Part shown: positions 1 through 9,782 of the stretch, piece after piece
Position numbering within the stretch: the first letter of the stretch is position 1
How the letters are laid out: every line of letters starts with the position of its first letter
Origin: an uncultured archaeon
GTDB lineage: Archaea; Thermoproteota; Nitrososphaeria; Nitrososphaerales; Gagatemarchaeaceae
Assembly (NCBI GenBank): GCA_963817525.1
Contig: CAWFOU010000007.1
Coordinates: 288,001 to 352,000, forward strand
Direction: 5' to 3'
DNA: 64,000 bases
Made by a program: the position numbers and the translations under genes
Notes under the pieces: generated by a model
What the model was told of the DNA's origin: nothing
Seen by the model: the letters and a program-made list of their open reading frames with translations, nothing else
The model's database searches: none

Positions 1-1651
1 GGAACACAGAGCCAGAGGTCGAACGTATGGAGTAGCCGTCCCGAATCCTCAGCAGGAACATGGGCATGGCCACCGCCAACGGGACGACCGGGATGAGCGA
101 CAGCAGCCAATCTCCCGGTGCCGGACCGATTACGCTGCCGACGTAGGAGCGGACGGGAGGGGCGAGCGTCGCCACAAAAAGCAGTAATGCGGCGGCGCAG
201 CCTGCCGCGAGGATCTCCCAGGAGAACCTCCTGTGTCTGGTGATCCTCGAGATGTCCTCCAGGGGGACTGAGATAGTCTCCCCTCCATCGTGATCGTCCT
301 TGACCAGGAGCCGCCGATTAGTGACGATCGCCTTCAGCTTCCCCGATACCATCGCTTCTAGAGCCTGCTCATCGCTAGCCATGCTGCGCCTGAGCCTCTC
401 GTCGTCCGAGCGCTCCCTGGCCAAGGCCTCGAGGCGCTTCGCGAGGTTATGGGTCAGCCTTGCCATCGTGAGCGCCCCCGTGCTGTGGACGGCGTTCGTC
501 CCGAGCCTCTTGCGAAGGGGCTCGTCGTCCACGAGCCTCAGCACCGCGTCCGCGGCCCCGAGGATGTCGTCTGGCCCTTGGAGGACCATCCCGTTTTCCC
601 CGTCCTTGACCACCCACTGCTGTCCGCCCGCTCCTGAGCTCACGCACCGGGACCCCGTTGGACATGAACTCCAGCTGCGTTATGCCGAGAGCCTCTGAAC
701 GGCTCAAGATCAGATTGATGGTGGTGGCCTTTATCAGCGCTGACTTTTCGGTTTCAGATATTGAGCCCAGGATGGAGACGTTCGGAAGCTCAGCCGCCCT
801 CTCCCTCACCCTCCTTCCATATTGTCCTTGTTCTGTACCCGCGATGACGAAATGTATGTCCGTCCTCTGGACCAGTCGTCTCGCGACCTCCAAGACGTTG
901 AGGGTGTTCTTCCGCTCCTCTACCGTCCCAAGAGATGTGACGAGCTTCGTCGCTGGGAGGATGCCTAGATTGGCGAACACTTCAGCAGGGTCGCCCATCG
1001 AGGCCTGTCAGCTCGTCGATTCCGCCAGGGAAGAGGAAGCACCTGTCCTCGGCCGCCCCCCTCTCCTTCATGGCCTCCTTCTCGAAGGGCGAGACGACCA
1101 GGACCAGGTCGGCCTCTCTCACTATCAGCGAGAGGCTGGTCTGGTTCCAGGCTTCCCTGAAGGACCTCTCGACGACTCCGTATCTATCTGGGCTCGCCTC
1201 CTGGAAGTGGCTCATGTGGCAGAATATCGGGGTCAGCTTGGGTACGCCGTCGCGCGACAGGTTTCTCCTCCACTCTACGAACTTTAGGATCTCCTCCGGG
1301 CCATTCCAGAGCGTCGAATGCGTGATTAGGACGTTGAGCTTGAAGTTGTCCACTATCTTGGCGAGCGTGTCTATGAAGTCGATGAGGGAGGCTCGCCTCG
1401 GCGGCCAGGAGGTCGGCGCGCTCCCCACCCTAATCACCGGTATCCCGAGGCTCTCGTCGAAGGTATAGACGTACCCCGCGTGCATGGCAAGCTCCTCGTC
1501 GGAGATCACCGGCTTCTCGTCCTGATACGGACTCGTGATAAGGAAGGCGTCGTAGTTCATGCGCCCTGAACTCCTTGACCATCCTCTGCGCCACGAGCTC
1601 TTGTCCCTTGGTGAGGCTGGTCTGATACATGACGACGCCGATTCTGAGCAA
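1..1651 (-). CDS. GT4-family glycosyltransferase with C-terminal membrane domain; 3 apparent frameshifts; runs off window start; paralog of 22453..24234
   Basis: ORF pieces 1430..1651 (MLRIGVVMYQTSLTKGQELVAQRMV), 982..~1560 (ITHSTLWNGPEE) and 447..998 (SRSEALGITQLEFMS, GT-B E-x7-E motif) are collinear with the intact paralog; frame changes near 1560, 1000 and 645. Confidence 0.8.
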
Positions 1652-2101
1652 TCGGACTCACTTCCCGAGGAGTCCTGGGAGGCCAACGGCGACCCACCTC
1701 CAGAGGGTGACGCCCTCCGGGGGCGCGATGAGAGGCGTCGGTAAGGACGACAAGCGTGGTCAGCGCCAAAAGCAGCCTGATCCGTCTGGCGTTGCATCTT
1801 GGGCCTGCAACAATTTTGCATGGAGCTCATTTGGGTTACGGTGATGAATGCCGAGAAGATTTGCGTGGCATTCTAGACTAACAATTCACCATGTGGTGAG
1901 CGGAAGGCGGCTGCCAACCAATGGGGCGGCTTGGTGAGCCCGACAGATACGACTCCGAGGGGTCCGGGTGCGCTACGCTGATTGGTCCCATCGGACGGCC
2001 GAGCGACATCACCGCCGGATAGTAGAATCCATCATGAGACCAAATCAGAAAACTTTGCGAACCCCTATTCAGGCAAACGCGCCAATGGGTTCCCGAGATT
2101 C

Positions 2102-2521
2102 ATGTACACATTTGGGTTCGCGATTCCGTCTACGGCTGAAGGGCTCATCATTCTCGCCATCACTCTGGTAGTGCTGTGGATTGTGGTGTCAGTCCCGGTC
2201 TTCATCGCCGGCGAACTGATGACCGATGGGAAGGCGGACTTTGGGATGGCGATGGGGGCAACCCTCGGCGGAGCCGTGATGTACGTCCTTGTGCTCTGGG
2301 CGGGGACTTTCATACTTTCGCCGGTCCTCGGCGCCTCGGCGCTGGCATTGTCCTTCGTCCTCGCACTGTTGGTGTGGCTGGCGGTGTATCGCGCCTCCTT
2401 CGAAACGGGTTGGCTGCAGGCAGTAGGCATAGTTGTTGTAAGCTGGCTCGTTCTGGTCGTGATGGACGTGATACTCATGTCGCTCTTCGGGGTCTCATTC
2501 CCGAAGTTCTACCCCTTCTAG
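2102..2521 (+). CDS. small 4-TM membrane protein, unknown function
   Basis: Four hydrophobic segments after ATG 2102 within track ORF 1982..2521. Confidence 0.65.
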   Translation: MYTFGFAIPSTAEGLIILAITLVVLWIVVSVPVFIAGELMTDGKADFGMAMGATLGGAVMYVLVLWAGTFILSPVLGASALALSFVLALLVWLAVYRASFETGWLQAVGIVVVSWLVLVVMDVILMSLFGVSFPKFYPF

Positions 2522-2536
2522 GACAGACCACCGCGG

Positions 2537-3172
2537 TCAGGGCTGAGCGTTCAGGTTCAGGATCGCGTCGACCCTGAGCCTCGTGGACGGGTTGGTTCCG
2601 ACGCGCCCCCAAAAAGAGGTGCGCCGTTTCCTTTTCGAGTTCTGGAGCGACTCCGCGGCGCGGATGGCCTGGACGAGCGCCTCCCCGTCCACGAACGAGA
2701 CAGCGAGCTTGTCGCAGCTCATCTCGTGCCTGAGATAGCGCTCGGAGTCGACGGTCGTGAGTACCGCTATAGCGCCGACGAACGCGAGCACCAACGAGAA
2801 GATCAGAGGAACTGCTGAGCCGGTTCCCACGAACACCGCGAAAGCCAACAGCACCGAGACCACGACCGCGGGAGCCACGAGCCGCCTTCTCCTCTCTCCG
2901 CCGTCTCCCAATACGTGTCCGAACTCATGCGCAGCCACTGCGCGTCTTTGGCTGTCTGTCAGGCTCGAGTAGTAGCGCGCACCGAACAAGAGCTTGTTTC
3001 CGAAGCTGAGCGCTGCGACGTTGGTCTTCGTGAGAAAGTATCTCTCACCCGTGTCGCTGCTCAAGCGACCCGAGACGCTCATGCTCTCCGCCAATGAGTC
3101 CAGTTCCGAAGACTTGAAGGCGGTCGCTCCCAGGAAGACTCTAAGGTACAGGCCGCCGGCGTCCACGAACAA
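2537..3172 (-). CDS. M48/M56 (HtpX-like) membrane zinc metalloprotease
   Basis: AVAAHEFGH (HExxH), two TM helices, HEMSCD third ligand, C-terminal TNPSTRLRV resembling THP-x4-R. Confidence 0.75.
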   Translation of the reverse strand: MFVDAGGLYLRVFLGATAFKSSELDSLAESMSVSGRLSSDTGERYFLTKTNVAALSFGNKLLFGARYYSSLTDSQRRAVAAHEFGHVLGDGGERRRRLVAPAVVVSVLLAFAVFVGTGSAVPLIFSLVLAFVGAIAVLTTVDSERYLRHEMSCDKLAVSFVDGEALVQAIRAAESLQNSKRKRRTSFWGRVGTNPSTRLRVDAILNLNAQP

Positions 3173-3295
3173 TCCCTACGGCAACGTGGCCGCAGCCCGT
3201 AGATTTAGGTTGCGGAGGGACCCTTCACAAGCACGCGGTGACGCACCTTCCCGCACGCGCACAATTGAGGGTGCTATCAGCCCTGTCTTTTCGGG

Positions 3296-3544
3296 TCAAA
3301 GGACCGGGGCGCGCGCAGCGGAAACCAGAGCCGGCTGGCCGGCGTCTGGAGGGACAGACGGCTTGCCTTGGGGGCTGTTCTGGCTATGCGCCCGGGCGTG
3401 CCTGCTCATATGGATGTAGCAATATGTCCCGTCGCATATGTGGCACGTGTAGTGATATCCCAGGTGGAACTTCCCGCCGCAAAAGCGGCATACGGGCTCG
3501 GCCTCCGCTCCCGTCTCCCTTGAGGCGTCGAGGGTCGTCACCAT
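3296..3544 (-). CDS. small Cys/His zinc-finger protein (AN1-like)
   Basis: CRFC...YTCHICDGTYCYIHMSRHARAH. Confidence 0.6.
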   Translation of the reverse strand: MVTTLDASRETGAEAEPVCRFCGGKFHLGYHYTCHICDGTYCYIHMSRHARAHSQNSPQGKPSVPPDAGQPALVSAARAPVL

Positions 3545-3729
3545 CCCCCCCTCAAATCGAAAGGACCGGTCTTTCTCTCGCGCATCACCAATTCCTCGCA
3601 GCGATCTGTCCGCGCGCTTCGCACGTCACCCAAGGACTAGCGGGTTATTCAAGGTCGACCACCTTTCTTAAAGAACAATCCATCATTCAGGATATGAAGG
3701 CACGTCCGCTGTAAGCTCTGCGAGGCTTC

Positions 3730-4269
3730 TTGAGTAGTCAACCGGACGCGGAATCAGAGGTGGTTTGGCAAGCCCATCCATGGATAACGCCTGCGCTAGC
3801 AGGGCTCACGATAGAGGCGGTCGCGTTCGCGATCGTCCTCTCATGGGCCGAGTTCGCGGCGGGCGTGGCCGTCAAAGCCGTCGGCCCTGTCCCGTTGCTC
3901 GCGGCGACATACGGGCTGGTCTTCTTCCTATGGCTGGGCGGATCCTTCAGGCTGGCCCTGGTGCGTGCGTCCAGTCATTACACCCTCAGGGGGTCAAGCC
4001 TTGAAATCCAGCATGGAATCCTTAGTCGGAGGATTTTCACCGTGTCTGCCGCTGGCTTCTCCGACCTCCAAGTAGTCAAGAGCGTCTGGGGCAGAATCCT
4101 AAATACGGGGACCATCGTGATAGAGACCGACAGCGATAGGGACCTGAGGCTGAGGATGATTCACGATCCGATCAAGGTCTCGACCAAGTTAAGGCAGGTG
4201 ATGACGGTTCCTGTTGTAAGGGTCTCTGGCCAAGAACCCATACAAGCAACGAAGGGCAACGGAAAGTAG
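3730..4269 (+). CDS. membrane protein with bacterial PH (bPH_2-like) domain
   Basis: Two TM helices followed by YTL...HGILSRR...SVWGRILNTGTIVIET. Confidence 0.75.
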   Translation: MSSQPDAESEVVWQAHPWITPALAGLTIEAVAFAIVLSWAEFAAGVAVKAVGPVPLLAATYGLVFFLWLGGSFRLALVRASSHYTLRGSSLEIQHGILSRRIFTVSAAGFSDLQVVKSVWGRILNTGTIVIETDSDRDLRLRMIHDPIKVSTKLRQVMTVPVVRVSGQEPIQATKGNGK

Positions 4270-4463
4270 CGCCGCACCCTACACCGAGCGGGGATGCCCT
4301 TGGTTCCGTCGCACGTCGCAGCCAGGCTGAGAATGGTCAAGAGTCGCTCCAAGTGAGCTGAAACTCGCACCAGTCAGTGGCCGTGGGTCGCCGCAGCAGG
4401 CGGAAGCAGCCTCGTCTCCAGCGCGTGGACGAGCCCCCGTGCGAATGGGGCGTCCATTTCAGT

Positions 4464-4856
4464 TCACGCAGACTCCTGTACTTTTGGCTTGATGCTCAGC
4501 CCGTTTATCTTCTGCACGAGTTCTCGTATCCCTATCGGCTTCTGGATGACCTCGCGAACGTTCAGCTTCGCGAAGAGTTTGTTGACCTCGTTCATCAGGT
4601 CCACAAAACCCGTGAGGAAGATCACCTGGACCCCATTGTCTCTCCTCTTCATTTCGTAGACCATCTCGAACCCGTTCATTCTCGGCATCTTGATGTCGCT
4701 GATTATGAGGTCGTAGGCGCCTGGCTTGAAAGCTGCCAGAGCCTTGATAGGGTCATAGAACACGTCCGCCGCGAACCCGTGACTCTTCAGCCCCGCCCCG
4801 AGAGCATTCGCGACGTCATGCTCGTCGTCCACGATTAGGATTCTTAGGAGTGGCAT
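4464..4856 (-). CDS. receiver-only response regulator (CheY-like)
   Basis: ILIVDDE, SDIKMPRMNG phospho-Asp, FLTG, QKP. Confidence 0.92.
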   Translation of the reverse strand: MPLLRILIVDDEHDVANALGAGLKSHGFAADVFYDPIKALAAFKPGAYDLIISDIKMPRMNGFEMVYEMKRRDNGVQVIFLTGFVDLMNEVNKLFAKLNVREVIQKPIGIRELVQKINGLSIKPKVQESA

Positions 4857-5421
4857 TCGAGTAGACCAATGAGTGATTACATATAGTCCTCAAGATACAT
4901 TGTTCCTGAGTGGGCAAGGCCATTGCGTTTCGCCTCACCAAAAATGTTTCATTCACGGACGGTAGTGGCGGAGCTAGCTTGCTCGGCTAAGATGCTTCAC
5001 TGCAGTAGCACGAGCTGGCTACCTGACCGCAGCCATTGCAAACGCGGAACGGGCCCTCCAAGTGAGTGAGTTTGCCGCATCTGCCGCAAATCCCGCTCAT
5101 CTGCAAGCTGGTCATCGGCTTTTGATATCGCAGCCATTCTTATTGTGATGCTTGAATGTTAAGGAATGAACGGCGTCATCATGGTTATGGCACTTGCCTG
5201 TAGGAGGAACCGCGGAGCCCGCGAGACAGCTCTCGTAGCGACCAGGCACACGAATGATGGAAGGTTCCGTGATGTCTTCTCGAGGGCATGTCGTTCAGGC
5301 CAACCTTGCGAGTGTGATTCGCGGCTCGGAGCATCCTTTTGCAAAGAACACCATTCAGCAATTGTATTTCGCTCGCTAGAGCGCGTTCACGACCAGGGCC
5401 TGGCGTCTGACCGATGACCGG

Positions 5422-6537
5422 TCATGTCGTTGCTGTGCCTATCGCCGTCGTGGGCTTCGAATCGAGCGGGAGCGTGAACTCGAAGACCGCACCGCCGCTG
5501 CCGTATTCAGCTTTGTTCCTCGCGCTTATTTTTCCGCCGTGGGCCTCCACGATGCCCTTGGAGATGAAGAGCCCTAGCCCTGTCCCGCCTTGAGATCGTG
5601 CTCCGAACTTCGTGAAGAGCACCTTAAACATGTCTGGGTCGATTCCAGGTCCGTCGTCGCTGACTTGCAACACAGCCTCTGCTTCGACACGTTTGATTGA
5701 GACTACGACCTCACCTTTGGTCGTGAACTTTGTCGTGTTTTCCAGGAGGTTGGACAGAACCTGGGCGATTCTCTCCCTATCTGCTGAGACGACTATCTCC
5801 TGGGCGGAAGGCTCGAACTTGAGGTCGGCCATTTTCGTTGCCTGCGTCTCGCGGACGATCTCCATGACGAAGAGGTTCAAATCGAACGTCTCCTTCCTCA
5901 AGGTGAGGGTCTTGCTGTCTATCCTCGCTACGTTGAGGATATTCTCGGCCAGGCGCTGAAGCCTTATCGCGTTGCGTTTGATCGCTTGGACCTCTTCGGA
6001 AGTTCCAATCGTGCTGGACTCCAAGATTTCCGCGTAGGCGAGAATCGGCATGATAGGCGTGCGCAGTTCGTGAGCCGCAACGTTGATGAACTCCGACTGC
6101 TGGATGAGCTGCTTTTGGGCAGAGATGATCAATTCCGAGACTGATGCCTTCTTCATCTTATCAGAGGTCGAGCCGCTGATGGCGGGGTCGGCGAGGGCCG
6201 CGAGGAGTCGCTGCTCATCGATCGTCTCCTCCCTCTGCATATTCAGCCAATCAGAGAGCGCCCCCAGACTTCGGCTGACCCTCACGTGCACGTCTCTTCG
6301 AACGGACTCCTGCCTGAGGCGTCTCCTTACAAGCTCATGCCGCTTCTGTAGGTCACGGACGGTATAATTGAGTGTCTGCGCGACCTCGAGGATGACCTTT
6401 TCCCTATCTTTCTTCGTCTTCTCGAAGGTAGAGACCGCTTGACTGCGGAACGCCTCTATGCGCCTTCTGGCGTCCTTCACCGAAGCCTCGTTGCGTATCC
6501 TGAACTCTTCGCGCGCGCGATCGATGTCTGTGCTCAT
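5422..6537 (-). CDS. soluble sensor histidine kinase with helical N-terminal domain
   Basis: H-box AAHELRTPI, N-box NLLEN, G1 DDGPGI, G2 GTGLGL; no TM segment; ATG 6537 overlaps the gvpH stop (ATGA). Confidence 0.92.
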   Translation of the reverse strand: MSTDIDRAREEFRIRNEASVKDARRRIEAFRSQAVSTFEKTKKDREKVILEVAQTLNYTVRDLQKRHELVRRRLRQESVRRDVHVRVSRSLGALSDWLNMQREETIDEQRLLAALADPAISGSTSDKMKKASVSELIISAQKQLIQQSEFINVAAHELRTPIMPILAYAEILESSTIGTSEEVQAIKRNAIRLQRLAENILNVARIDSKTLTLRKETFDLNLFVMEIVRETQATKMADLKFEPSAQEIVVSADRERIAQVLSNLLENTTKFTTKGEVVVSIKRVEAEAVLQVSDDGPGIDPDMFKVLFTKFGARSQGGTGLGLFISKGIVEAHGGKISARNKAEYGSGGAVFEFTLPLDSKPTTAIGTATT

Positions 6538-6974
6538 TTTTGGTCCCTCCTCCGGAGGAAGGTGATCTCCACGACAGAGTTGTTCTGCGTGGTCGACTTT
6601 ACTTCGACGCTGCCGGGGGCGACCTTGCACGGGACGTCTCTTCGATGCACCCTCCCGCCCTTCGAGACCTCGATTCGCAGGACGTCGTCCAAGAACCTTA
6701 CGTGTACGTCCTCCTTCTTTACGCCCGGCAGCTCCACGACGACCCTGAGGCCCTTTTCGTCGTCGAAGACGTCGACTAGTGGCTCTTGGACTGGAGGCTC
6801 AACAGGCACGCTCTCAGGGATGGCACTCCTGATAGAGATGCTAGATGTGACCTTGATGAAGTCGTCCCCGACGGTCCTCCGCGCCTTCACTTGCCTCCCT
6901 TCATCGAGCTGCTTCAGGGTCCAGGCGAGTTCTACCCCCAGCTCCTCCAGCAGATCGTCGATGTCCCAGATCAA
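6534..6974 (-). CDS. gvpH: gas vesicle protein GvpH / Hsp20-like
   Basis: Alpha-crystallin motif EPLVDVFDDEKGLRVVVELPGVKKEDV...NNSVVEITF; TTG start overlaps the gvpG stop; gvp context. Confidence 0.7.
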   Translation of the reverse strand: MIWDIDDLLEELGVELAWTLKQLDEGRQVKARRTVGDDFIKVTSSISIRSAIPESVPVEPPVQEPLVDVFDDEKGLRVVVELPGVKKEDVHVRFLDDVLRIEVSKGGRVHRRDVPCKVAPGSVEVKSTTQNNSVVEITFLRRRDQK

Positions 6975-7214
6975 CCCGCGGGGCCTCCCTTCGATAGCTT
7001 CCTGAGCTCTTCCAGAATCTCCCCCTGGCGCTTCCCGTACTCCTCCTGGTCGATGAGGCCTGTGCTGAAGTCGATGTCCAACTGTACGACCCTCGATTTT
7101 AGCCACCTTCCGCGCTCACTGTTCTCGGCCTCGTTTGCGATTCGGTTGCACTCTTCGACAATAGCTTGGAACGTGATTTTCAGGATGAGATAGGTGGCTA
7201 TCGTCTCTGCTCAC
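6971..7214 (-). CDS. gvpG: gas vesicle protein GvpG (absent from ORF track; GTG start is 1 nt out of frame)
   Basis: Open frame 6971..7210 reads AETIATYLILKITFQAIVEECNRIANE...LDIDFSTGLIDQEEYGKRQGEILEELRKL, matching the GvpG C-terminal pattern G-x-I-x-x-E-E-Y...L; lies between gvpF/L and gvpH. Confidence 0.7.
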
Positions 7215-7215
7215 C

Positions 7216-7951
7216 TCAGCAGAAGGAGTACGGGGCCCACGGGCCGCTGGAGTGGACCAGCAGGCCCTTTTCCGCGTACTCCTTCCCGAGGAGTCCCGCG
7301 CGAGCCAAAAAAGCTCCGTCATCCTGGCGTGGGACCAGATACGCCGCGTTGAGCACGATTTGCTCGTGCTCCGACTTTAGAATCGAGTTTTCTTGCGAGT
7401 TTAGAACCAAATCGGCGTGTATCTCCCTGCTGAGCTGGTCCATCTTTCTGTAGGCTTCGCTCTTGATGGCCTCGCTCATCTTCAGCTTGGTGAAATACGA
7501 TGCGCCCTTGCCGGCCTTCGCCATGGAGCGGCGCATCTTCACGATCTCGGGCGACGTCTTCTCGACTTCGCTCTTCAGCTTCGCCAACCCCGCCTTGTTG
7601 AATAGGACTTTGATCCCGAACTCGTCCATCCCATCGAGCTTCATGAGCTTCTTCCGGTAATCATCATAGGACTTTGCGAGTAGTGTCACCACGCCGTCCT
7701 CCCTCTTGAATATCGTCCCGAACTTCACGGGAAGCGTCGTGCCGATCTTCCTCGAGGCCTCGACCATGCGCTGGTGCGCCATTATGTTGTCGATGTTCGC
7801 CTCTATCTCGGCGTAGGGGACGACGCTGACTACAGCCCCGACATCCTTGTACCCCACGATGTGGGCTGGCTTTCCGAACAGCCCCACGTCCTCGAGTGCC
7901 TGCGGGTCTGGCAGAGTCGACTATGCAGTAGACGTATCTGCCGTCGGTCAA
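7216..7951 (-). CDS. gvpF: GvpL/GvpF family gas vesicle protein (one frameshift near 7900)
   Basis: N-terminal GRYVYCIV (TTG 7951, track ORF 7664..7981) joins ORF 7216..7887 with AHQRMVE, LPVKFGTIF, VLNAAYLV, SGPWAPYSF. Confidence 0.85.
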
Positions 7952-8436
7952 AGGTGGATCACAGGCCCGTCGTCCAACCAACGCCTCTCTCCGTAAACCG
8001 GGTAGAGCATGGCGAGCAGGTCAATTCCTATAAGGTCAACGTCGGAGACCGATATCCGGACCTGCCCCGCGACGACTGCGCCCCTGTCGATGAGACGGTC
8101 GAGCACGTCGACCAGCGACGCCTTACCCCCCGTCTTGAGCAACGAGCCCAGCGCGACGTCAAGCTCTTTTGAGCCCAGCCCAAGGCTCTTCGTCAGTTTG
8201 GCCATCTCCCGGCTGAGCTGCATGAAAGCCACTCCCATCCGTTCGACCTCCTCCTCGGATAGTGTCCCGGACTCCACCCTCCGCATCGCCTGCCTCTCCA
8301 TGAGCTGCCTGACCACCTCCATCACCGTCAGTGTCAACTTGGCCAGCCCCTGCTGCATCTTTTGGCCTCCCTCTCCCAGGTCTATCCTGTCGCCTGAATC
8401 CCGAGTCCCCTTGGTCTTGTTGACCGCGCGCTGCAA
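7948..8436 (-). CDS. gvpK: GvpK fused to a C-terminal GvpA/J/S-family domain
   Basis: GLAKLTLTVMEVVRQLMERQAMRRVESGTLSEEEVERMG (GvpK) followed by SLVDVLDRLIDRGAVVAGQVRISVSDVDLI (GvpA family). Confidence 0.88.
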   Translation of the reverse strand: MQRAVNKTKGTRDSGDRIDLGEGGQKMQQGLAKLTLTVMEVVRQLMERQAMRRVESGTLSEEEVERMGVAFMQLSREMAKLTKSLGLGSKELDVALGSLLKTGGKASLVDVLDRLIDRGAVVAGQVRISVSDVDLIGIDLLAMLYPVYGERRWLDDGPVIHL

Positions 8437-8700
8437 CTAGCGAACCACCTTGTAGTTCTTGGCATCGGTCACACGTCTGGGAGGACTTCTCGTCTTGTGC
8501 TGCTCCTCCCATGGAAGTCTCAGTCCATAGCGCTTCGCTGTTTCCAGTGAAGCGATCACCAGGTTGACCTTGACGGAGAGCAGTTCAACGCTCCCGACGC
8601 TCACGGTGATGTCCCCGTTTATCACCACCCCCTTTTCCAAGATGCGGTCTAGGAGGTCGACCAGTGAGAGGTCCCTACGACCCATCTGGCTAAGGGACAA
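8437..8700 (-). CDS. gvpJ: GvpA-family accessory protein (GvpJ/GvpM-like)
   Basis: LVDLLDRILEKGVVINGDITVSVGSVELL...IASLETAKRYGL. Confidence 0.8.
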   Translation of the reverse strand: MSLSQMGRRDLSLVDLLDRILEKGVVINGDITVSVGSVELLSVKVNLVIASLETAKRYGLRLPWEEQHKTRSPPRRVTDAKNYKVVR

Positions 8701-8956
8701 TCTCGGCCCCCTCCCGTTTCATCCTACAGTAACCGCACACCCCTGAGTCCTTGAACCAGTGCTTGTTGCAGAACCCCTCTATGTTCTCCTCGCCCATTGT
8801 CTTCGAGAGGTAGACCTTCGCGATGTCGAAGGGGGTGCCGCGGTGACACTCTGGGCAGCGCATGAAGACCCAGCCCTTCTTCATCGCTTCCTCCATGTCG
8901 AGCTTGTCATACTTGCCGCAGACGAGACATATGGCCAATGATAGCCATCCGTCCAC
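8690..8956 (-). CDS. small Cys-rich zinc-binding protein inside the gvp operon
   Basis: CLVC, CPECH, CNKH, CGYC; 3 bp after the gvpA stop and overlapping the gvpJ start. Confidence 0.65.
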   Translation of the reverse strand: MDGWLSLAICLVCGKYDKLDMEEAMKKGWVFMRCPECHRGTPFDIAKVYLSKTMGEENIEGFCNKHWFKDSGVCGYCRMKREGAEIVP

Positions 8957-8959
8957 GAG

Positions 8960-9205
8960 CTAACGCACAGGAGGTTCGGTCATCGGAGCCGGCGTCCCGG
9001 GCGTGGCCGCGAGGCCCAGAGCCTGTGCGTAGCGCAGGAACGCGTCGATTCCCGCGACGACAATCCTTGCCCTGATCACCAGGATTTCGATTCCGACGAG
9101 GGCGACAGACACGTTGGCGTCTATTACAATTCCCTTGTCTAGGACTCTATCGATTAGGTCGTATATGTTAAGAAGAGGTCTATAGCCCATCTGTGCTTGG
9201 GACAC
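8960..9205 (-). CDS. gvpA: gas vesicle structural protein GvpA
   Basis: DLIDRVLDKGIVIDANVSVALVGIEILVIRARIVVAGIDAFLRYAQALGL. Confidence 0.92.
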   Translation of the reverse strand: MSQAQMGYRPLLNIYDLIDRVLDKGIVIDANVSVALVGIEILVIRARIVVAGIDAFLRYAQALGLAATPGTPAPMTEPPVR

Positions 9206-9256
9206 GGTTACTCACCCGTGCTTGGGTTGCAAAGAGCATAAATGTTGGTATGGAGA

Positions 9257-9272
9257 ATTGTTATAGAACAAT
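9257..9272. promoter_or_regulatory. palindromic operator candidate upstream of gvpA
   Basis: ATTGTT-ATAG-AACAAT, about 52-67 bp upstream of the gvpA start and next to a TTTATG TATA-like box on the minus strand (~9237-9242). Confidence 0.45.
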
Positions 9273-9374
9273 CTTCTACCTGAGACTTGGGTCTCTAGCC
9301 GTGAGCCGACCGACCCTTGTCGCCAGGCAAGTCTCGGACAGTAGTGGTGCCAAACCACCCGAGGCCCGTCGATG

Positions 9375-9545
9375 TCATGAGATTGCGACGCCGAAAATCA
9401 GGGCAATCAGGAAGAGCACCACAAAGAGGACAATCAGGATCTTAGCTATCTCCATAGAGAACCCTGCAATCCCCCGTGCGCCGAAAGCGTACGCGAGGAA
9501 TGCGATCACCAGGAACACGATTGCCAACCCGAGTAGGCCGATCAC
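9375..9545 (-). CDS. DUF1328/UPF0391 small membrane protein, 56 aa (absent from ORF track)
   Basis: GTG-IGLLGLAIVFLVIAFLAYAFGARGIAGFSMEIAKILIVLFVVLFLIALIFGVAIS*. Confidence 0.85.
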   Translation of the reverse strand: MIGLLGLAIVFLVIAFLAYAFGARGIAGFSMEIAKILIVLFVVLFLIALIFGVAIS

Positions 9546-9782
9546 TGTGCTTTCCCCATGTAGAGGCGGGACGCAACCTTATGTTCGCGCGCTTAGAAAA
9601 TCCCTTAACATAGTTCTTCCTCGCCGAGTTCTCCGCAAGTCTGGAGCCACTACCGAGATTTGATTTCATTCCCGACCGCGCGATTCACGTATATCGTTAC
9701 GAATTCAATCCACAGAGAAGATTACCGGAGCGTTAATCGACTAGATTGACATTCCCGGCGGCGAATCCAAATACGTTAGCTT

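Noticed and set aside
5166-5417. 83-aa ORF with C..GQPC...CKEH zinc-like motif
   Set aside because: Atypical composition and only a partial motif; not enough support to call a gene.
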